Assembly (NCBI GenBank): GCA_965644315.1
Contig: CBFFRQ010000019.1
Location: 62,001-126,000, forward strand
DNA: 64,000 nucleotides
Reading direction: 5' to 3'
From: Caecitellus pseudoparvulus
Taxonomy: Eukaryota; Protista; Bigyra: Bicosoecida
How positions within the stretch are numbered: position 1 is the stretch's first letter; every line of letters starts with the position of its first letter. Both the position numbers and the translations under genes were made by a program. Positions 56,551 through 64,000 of this stretch are shown piece by piece. Under the pieces are notes generated by a model. The model was not told the origin of the DNA. It did no database searches and saw nothing but the letters and a program-made list of their open reading frames with translations.

Positions 56551-59500
56551 TCACACCATGGCGCCGCCAGCCCCCGCCGCCGCCTTGCCTGAGAAGTCGT
56601 ACGTGACGTCATCCCCGTGCAGCGGGTGGTTGGCTGTCGCGCCCTCGTGCTGGGCAGGTGTGTACTTGATGCCGGCACCCCAGTGGTACACGCCCTGCAT
56701 GGCTTCCTGGTTGAAGTGGTCCATCAGCTCGTACAGCTTGTCCAGCATGCCCTCGTTGATGAAGCCAGCCGACCAGCACGTGCTCGCCTGGCACAGCCCT
56801 GCCTCTTCCAGCATGGGCTGCAGCTTGTCACGCGGCATGGGACGGTAGGCGAGGGCGTCGGAGGACTTGGGGTCCAGCAGGGGAGCAGCCTCGGAAATGA
56901 CGCTGAGGGTGTTGTTGTTCTCCCACACGCTGTCCCAGAACACGAACCACAGCGCGTTGCACGGGTGCGCCTTCACGAACTCCATACGCTGCATGACGAA
57001 CTGGATGCCCTTGGCGTGCTCCTGGGGAATGGCGCTGATGGCGGGGTTCTGCTCCCACGTGCTGAAGTACGAGTTCAGGCGGTCCAACCCCGCGTCCACG
57101 TTGTCGAAGACGTACAGCCAGAATGCAGAGGAGAGAATTTTCTCCTTGCGAGCCTCCGCCTGCCTGTACCGGGCGCGGTACGCCTGGCACTGCTGTGTCC
57201 ACACTGGCATCTTGATCTGGATCTTGGCGACGTTGGCAGGGTCTGTCAGCAGCTCGTTCAGCTTGCCCTGCTGGTGGAATTGGCTGTCGATGTTCAGCTC
57301 AGCGTGGCCGATGGTGGCGTGTTCGTTGGAGAAGTGCGCCATCTGCCCCGTGCGTGGCTTGCGGGCCTCACCGTGTCCGTCGTTGTACGTCATGGTCACG
57401 TCGAAGCCGCGTGCCATCTTCTTCTTGTCCTTGGCGCCGACGCCCACACGCCCATTGTGGTAGTGCATGAGCACGTCGATGGTGGAGTACACCGTGCGCG
57501 TCTTGGTGTTGCCCTCGCTGTCGCGGTACGTCTCCGTGCCGTCTTCCACAGTGCGCTTTTCCCACCGCTCGAACTCCAAGTGCAGTGTGCCGTCCACCAT
57601 GGCGGCGGCACGCAGCTGGTGCCGCACATGCTTGCGGCGCATGATTTCCGGGTCGCGCTGCTTGGCTGCAAACTGCATCAAGTCCTCCTCCCACAGGAAC
57701 GTGTAGTCGTCGTCATCGTCGTAGGCCAGCACGACGTGGAAGGGGTACGTGTGCACGATGGCCTTGGCGAAGCAGGTTTCCGAGTTCAGCTCGCCGTCGT
57801 GGGGAATGCCGTCCCAGAAGGCGTCCACGCCCTCCACCTCGTTCATGATGAACGCGCGCTCGGCGCCGCGCTCGGCGGCGTACTTGAAGTGGTCCACAAT
57901 GCGCTTGCGCCCGACGTCAGCGGTGATGGCCTGCAGCTCCACGAGGCGCTGCGCGACGGCATTGGGCGCGGCCTTCTCAGGCTTGGGCGCTTCCTCTTCT
58001 GCGTCAGACTTGTCCTCCTCGTCTTCGTCGTCGGCCATGGGGCTCACGACGGGCGTCACGGGGCTGAGGCCGTCGGAGAAGTTCCCGTTGATGATGAGGG
58101 ACAGCCAAAAGGGGTGCCAGATGCGGTGTTTCACCTCCTTCAGCAGGTTCAGCGTGAGCGTGCCGTCCTCGCGCGACACGACCACTTGGTCGAAGCGCCC
58201 CTCGCGGTTCAGCACGGTGTCGTCGAAGTGCACTGCACCAGTGGTGGACTTGATCCAGTCCCGCACGGAGCGAATGCCGTACAGCACGGCGAGGATCATG
58301 ACGACGGCGTTGATGGCGTTGACGATGTTGATGAGGATGCCCATGACGCCGCTCAGACTGGCGCTGACGGCGGAGGAGCCCAGGAACCCGAACAGCGCCA
58401 CGAAGAAGTTCGTGACACGCCCGGAGCTCTCCATGACGTCCGCTTGCGGGTTCAGGAGCGGCGACGTGAAGAAGTTGAAGGCGGTGAAGAGCCCCATGAG
58501 CACGAGGGTGAGCACGCCCTGCAAGACGGCGTCCTTGAACAGGGCGATGAGGATGATGGCAAACAGCAGCTTCACCACCATGATGATGACCTTGAAAAAC
58601 GCCCACTTGCGCTCGTAGCCCTTGTACAGGAACAGGTACGGCGAGTTCAGCTGCTTGGGGTCGGTGGTCAGGTCCGTCTGGTACATGGCTTCGGAGTAGT
58701 CCACCAGCTCGCCATCCTCGTCGTAGCGCTTGTCGGGGTCTTCCCGCGACCCGAAGGGCTTGTTCGCTTGGATGAGGCGGTACGTCTGCAGGGGCAGGCC
58801 CAGGGTGAAGACGATGAGGAGGATGACGGACACCGCCTGTGCCAGGCCGATGTAGTCCCACTCGGAGCACTCGCACTCGAAACGCGTGCCGGCCACGCCG
58901 TCAGCGGGGATGGTCTTGCACGTGATGCCGGCGCCGAGGTCCTTCAGCGCCTTGCCCATGGCGCCGTCACAGATGAGGATCTGCAGGGCGGAGCGGGACA
59001 CTGGCAGGTACGCGGACATGGCGGCGGTGAGGATGTACTTGATGGCGGTGATGGTGCGCTTGCGCGTTTCCGCCAGCTTGTCGAAGCCCTCAGCCTCCTT
59101 GCCCTGGCGAATGACGTCCACTTGGATGTCGGCGGTGGTGTACAGCACCCACAAGTACGCGATGGTGATGATGACGGCGGCGATGCCAATGAGCACGTAC
59201 ACGACGACGATGAGGTTCTCCACTTCCGGCAGGGCGAAGCCAAAGTCGAAGGAGATGATGTTGGCAATGCGCCCGAAGACGACGTTGGCCACCTCCATGG
59301 CCCCTGACGCCAGGTTTGCCACAAACAAGCCCAGCAGCTGGAAGAAGTCACGCAGCACCTCCAGCTTGATGAGGGAGAAGAGAGACACAGCCGCGCCGGC
59401 TGCCGCCGCTAGGGCCGTGTTCAGCGTGCCTCGTGCGTCGGAGTACAGCTTGCCCACGGACTCAAAGTCCACGACCTTGGCGCCCTGCGCCACTGCAGAC

Positions 59501-62500
59501 TGCCAGAAGTCAGCGCCTGCCTCCAGGCCGTCTGACACGGCTGCGCGGATGACGGTGGTGTCCACGGCGCCTGCTGCCGCTGCGATGGCGGCGCCGGCAG
59601 CAGCTCCCCCCGTCGCCACAGCATCGCCCACTGCCACGGCGCCTTTGTAGGCACCGGTCATGGCACCGACAGCGCCTTCACGCAGGGCGGCGGCGGCAGG
59701 TCCCGCGTTCTCAGCCACGGCAGCCACCACGTCACCCGACGTCTCAGACACAAAGCCAGCGGCTGCCATGGCGCCAGCAGCGGCGCTGCCACCCACCGCC
59801 ACGGCTGCACCCGCCACTGCCGAGCCATACGGCGCCAGCGCCTTGGCCACGGGGGCCAGCGCCTTCCCGGCGGCAATGGCACCCTCATAGGCGGCGGTGG
59901 CGGCCGCCTGCACAGCCTTCAGTGCCATGGCGCCCGCCGCCACCGCCAACTCCACCCCTCGCTGGATGCTGGTGGCGATGGGACCAGGCAGGTGCTGCAT
60001 GGCCGCAGCAAAGGCGGACTGCAGGCCTGCCTTGGCCAGGGCGGCGCCACTGGCCACGGCGGCCATGGTGGCACGGGCACCAGCAGCGGCCAGCGGCATG
60101 GCTGTGTCTCGCAGGGCCCCGGCAGTGTTGGCGACACCCGCCGCCACAGCCTTCGCTGAGCGCTCTAGCGCAGGCCCTGCGGCGGCGATGGCACGCTCCG
60201 TCAGGGCTGCCAGCTGCTCGTGCCCCTCCTTCGCAGCAGCTGCTGCGGCGCGGAACTCGTCGGAGCGTGCGACCTGCCCTGCGAGCTCGTACGCCGCAGC
60301 GCCCGCCTCGGCCGCCGCCTCCTGAGCCTGTGCCGCAGCCTTCATGGACGCTGCAGCACTGACCTTAGCCAGGGCGGCGGCCTCCTTCAGCCCGTCAGCA
60401 GACACATCGGCGATGACAGCGCCCGCTGCCGCCGCAGCCTCGGCAGCGGCACTGGCCAGCACAGCCGCCTCGGCGCGCACGACGTTGAACTGGGCCATGG
60501 CCAGCACCGCTGCCGCCTGTGTCTGCTGCACAGCAGCGCCGGCCAGTGCACGGGCTTGCTCGGCTGAGGTGTCCAGAGCACGCAAGACGTCGTCCGTCTC
60601 GATGGCGCTGACCCACTGCACGGCGTCACGCCCCGCCGCCACGGCCGCCTGCAGCGCCACTGCGACGTGCGCGCGCATCTCTGCCGCGGCGGCACGTGCG
60701 GCTGCCAGTGCGACAGGTGCCTGTGCCCGCAGACCAGCAATGGCAGCGACAGAGACCTTGGCACCTGCAGCAGCAGCGCTGGCGAGCTGGGCGGCTGACG
60801 CCTCGGCGACGATGGCGGCGGACGTGGCGACGCCGCCCAGCGCTGCGACGGCGTCGGAGTCTGCGACCAGCCGGGCGAGGGCGCCGGCGGCTGCGGCGGC
60901 TTCGGCGAGGCCGCTGCGCAAAGCGCCAGCGCTGTCGCTGGCGGCTGCGACGAGCTTGCCCCCTGCGACGGCGACGTCATCCTTCACCTCGCCCACCTTG
61001 TCCCAGGGCAGGCGAGAGACGGCGTCCTTGACCTTGCCAGCGCCGTCCACCAGTGCACCGGCACAGGCAGTGGCGATGCCCTGCACGCGCCCCAGGACGT
61101 CGCCCAGCAGCTGCCGCGGGACGACGGCGGAGATTTGGCGGAAGGCTGGGACGAGGATGTCTTTCACCTGCTCGGGCGTAATACGCACGAGCCCCGCCAG
61201 CGCCCCCCGTGCCAGGTCCGTCGCCTCCTGCGACACCACCACCCCCGCCCGCCGCGCAACGGCCAGCAGACGCGTCAGAGCACCCAACGCCTCACCCTGG
61301 GCCGCCTTGGCCGCCTCCATGGCGGGGCCGCCCACAGCAGCCCCTGCCGCCTGCAGGGCTGCAGCTGTGGCGGCGGGGTCCACCTGTGAGGCGAGGGCCT
61401 TGACAGCCCCCACCCCCGCCTCCGCACCTGCCTGGGCAGCCTGCAGGATGCCGGGTGCTGCGCCGACGAGGTAGGCACCGGCCGAGGCAGCGCCCGCTGC
61501 GACGGTGGTGGCCAACTGCGTCGCGCCAGCCAGCGTCAGCTTGCCGCTGAGCTGCTCCACCGCCGCCGCGAGTTCCTCCTGTACAGCGCCGGCGTCGATG
61601 TCGGCCACCTCCACGGCATCGGGCTCCGCGGCCACGGCGTCGTCACCGCCCCCCACACACCCTGAGAATGAACGCAGCTTGGCACCGCCCTTCCCCGTCG
61701 TCATGTATGCCTGCGCAGCTGCCGCCTTCTCGGCAGCCTCGGCACCCACCTCGCCGCCCAAGTTGCGAGCGTGGGCGAGGATGGACGCGAGAGCAGGTCG
61801 CGCAGCGACCGCCGCCGCCGCAGCGCTCTTGCCTGCCGCAGCCAGCAGGGCCGCTGCCGCCTCGGCAGCTTCCTGGGCACTGGCCATGAGTGGGCCCAGC
61901 AGCTCAGGCGCAGCTGCCGCCGCCTCGGCAATGGCGCCCTGCGCCCCAGCCAGCAAGTCAGGCGCGCTCTCCGCCACCGCCGCCATGGCTTTGCCCAGGG
62001 CATCCTTGGCACCCTGCGCCAGGGGCGCGCCGGTCATGGCAGCCTGCTTGATGCTGCCCAGCAGCTCGGCTGCCTTGGCCTGCACTGCGGGGTTGTTGGA
62101 GGCGGTGACCAGCACGCTGACGGCACGGATGGCCTTGGTGATCTTCTTGGAAGGGCAGGCGTCTGGCTGGGCGTCGAAGGGCGACACCTCCGCCGCAGAC
62201 ACGCGTCCGTGCTTCACAGCCACCAGGCGCCCCAGGCGCGCCAGCACCGCCGCTTCGAAGGCGGTCACCGTATCCACCAGGGGGCCGGACCCGGGCGGCG
62301 AGCCAACCAGGGCATCCTGACCACGAGTGCGGCCCGCCCAGACGTCTGTGGCGTCTGGGCGGCCCTGCTTGGCTGCCCACCGCACGATGCGGGGAAGGGC
62401 CCAGATGGGGATGCCCCCCCCCGGCCCCAGCGCCACGCCCATCTGGCCTGCCACGCCGCCCAGCTCGTCGTAGGCAGGGGCTTCGGGGATCTTGGTCAGG

Positions 62501-63815
62501 TCCACAGCGCGCCCTGCCTGGCCCTGCGCCACCTTCAGGCCAGTGTTGTCCACCCACGGCTTGTTGGCGGTGCCGACGGTCATGTGGGCGGCCGCGCCAG
62601 ACAGCGCAAACACCTCCAGGCGCCCGCACAGCGCCGTCCAGAACGCCTTGAACTCCTCCAGGCACAGCTCGCCGTCGCCGTCCAGGTCGAAGCGCAGGGC
62701 GGCCTCCAAGACAGCGCCGTAGCCCCCCGTGCCGCGCACGCCGCCCCAGCCTGCGGGGCCGGGGGTGCCGGGTTGGAAGCGCACGACTGCGGAAGTTGAC
62801 CCCACCACGACGTCTGCAAAGTCCTCCTCCGCGCCCGCAAAGGGGCCCGCACCCCGTGCAAAGACGCACTCGGCAGCAAGGCGGGTGCCCCACACGCCCT
62901 TGCCAGCGAAACGGTACGGGTGCAGGCCTGCACCTGCTTGGTATGCAGGCACCGTCATCACAGCAGCATCGCCCGTCAACACCAACACGCTAAAGCCCGT
63001 GGAGGCGTGCGGCAACACCAGCTGCGCGCCCTCTACCTGCTCTGCTTCCACCTGGGTTGCTGCGTGCACGAAGCCCCAGGTCACATTCTGCCGACCCACG
63101 GCGACAGTTACGCCGGGGCCACCCGTTGCTGTCGCAGAGCGACCAAGCACAACACCCTCAACCCACACACCATCCTGCGCAGGGGGCGAATTCGTGCATG
63201 GTCGTGGAGGGAGCCGGGATGTGATGATATTTAGCCCACGTGGTGGGCAGGCTATCAGCCAGAGGGGCCGTGGAAACGCCGCGGAAAACGCGCCAGGCAT
63301 TGGTGGACGAGCACGATCTGACACAGCAACGTGCAGCAGCCCTGCAGCGACGTGCACTGCGCACTCACGGATTCAAGGGACGGGGACACCAGGACAGATC
63401 GACCTGGGTGCAGCTCGTGTTCCTGCAGTCGCGGCACTCCTTGCACAGCGAACATTCTGTGTGAATAGACGCGCAGGCGGTGGCTTCAGCTGCGCGGGCC
63501 ACTGCACCCAAAATACGCGGGTGGCCGGCGCAGGGCTCACACTCACGTATTGTCCAACGTGCCGTGGCTGCCATCCGTAAACATGGCTGTGAACGAGTCG
63601 GCATGGTCCACGATCTCGCCCTCTTTCCAGGCGACGCCGCCGGCTGCTGCTGCAGCTTCCAGCACCGCATTGCCGTCGCTTGCGTCCCCGTCAAGCTCAT
63701 ATGCCGCCAGCACCTTGGACCCCATGCCAATGGTCACTGGTGCCCATGGCGTCAGGCCTGGCTTGCCGCCCGGTGCGGTGAGGTCCTGCAACCCTGCTGG
63801 GTCTGCTGCTGCCAT
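56551..63815 (-). CDS. Very large (~2,300-2,400 aa) uncharacterised membrane protein: Tudor/Agenet-like N-terminus, EF-hand, ~900-aa Ala-rich helical region, multi-pass TM block, large soluble C-terminal domain; 2 introns near the 5' end
   Basis: Exon 1 starts at ATG63815 and joins via GTGAGT...CAG introns to ORF 56551-63357. EF-hand DLDGDGELCLEE. TM block with YLPVSR and YLFLYKGYERKWAFFKVIIMVVKL. Confidence 0.8.
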
Positions 63816-64000
63816 ACTTGCAGCAAAGCGATTTCCGCACTACGCGCCTGCACTCTTGTAGAATGCAGCCGCAGCACGACTGAGATGGAGAGCACTTGAA
63901 TACAGCAACCACCTTTGATGGATGCTCATCGAAATGCCATGCTGTGCAAAGTGCCCCCATTGCTCCTTCTCGGCTGAGGGCCCCCTGACAAGGCCCGCGC

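Overview
This window is eukaryotic nuclear DNA: GC-rich (roughly 65% by eye), very gene-dense, with short GT-AG introns (mostly 60-100 nt; donors GTGCGT/GTGAGT; CTCAC/CTGAC-like branch sites). It is not prokaryotic, and I found no rRNA, tRNA, CRISPR array or recognisable transposase. About 23 protein-coding loci can be reconstructed by hand: rotatin, Cdc25, ISN1, ArfGAP, an ankyrin-array gene, a 5'-truncated UTP20 fragment, an SDR, an isochorismatase-domain protein, a tail-anchored orphan, CEP41, two tandem stand-alone C2 genes, a DENN protein, an ENOD93/Rcf2-N-like protein, IFT172, SulP/SLC26, a TOM1/GPR137-like 7TM protein, a GH31 alpha-glucosidase, a Ctr copper transporter, a divergent glycosyltransferase pair, ATG7, WDR36/UTP21 and a ~2,300-2,400 aa multi-pass membrane protein. 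The centriole and IFT genes imply a flagellated protist; a heterotrophic stramenopile is my inference, not proven. Main observations: (1) the hexamer AATGCA sits just downstream of the stop codon, on the sense strand, in 15 of 23 loci and is a candidate non-canonical polyadenylation signal; (2) a recurrent CAATTTCCGC motif is a candidate core promoter element; (3) an accessory island (about 12.5-17.1 kb) carries an intronless gene whose near-identical ankyrin repeats vary mainly at DARPin-type binding positions, next to an orphan UTP20 fragment. All protein identities come from motif recognition, not database searches.
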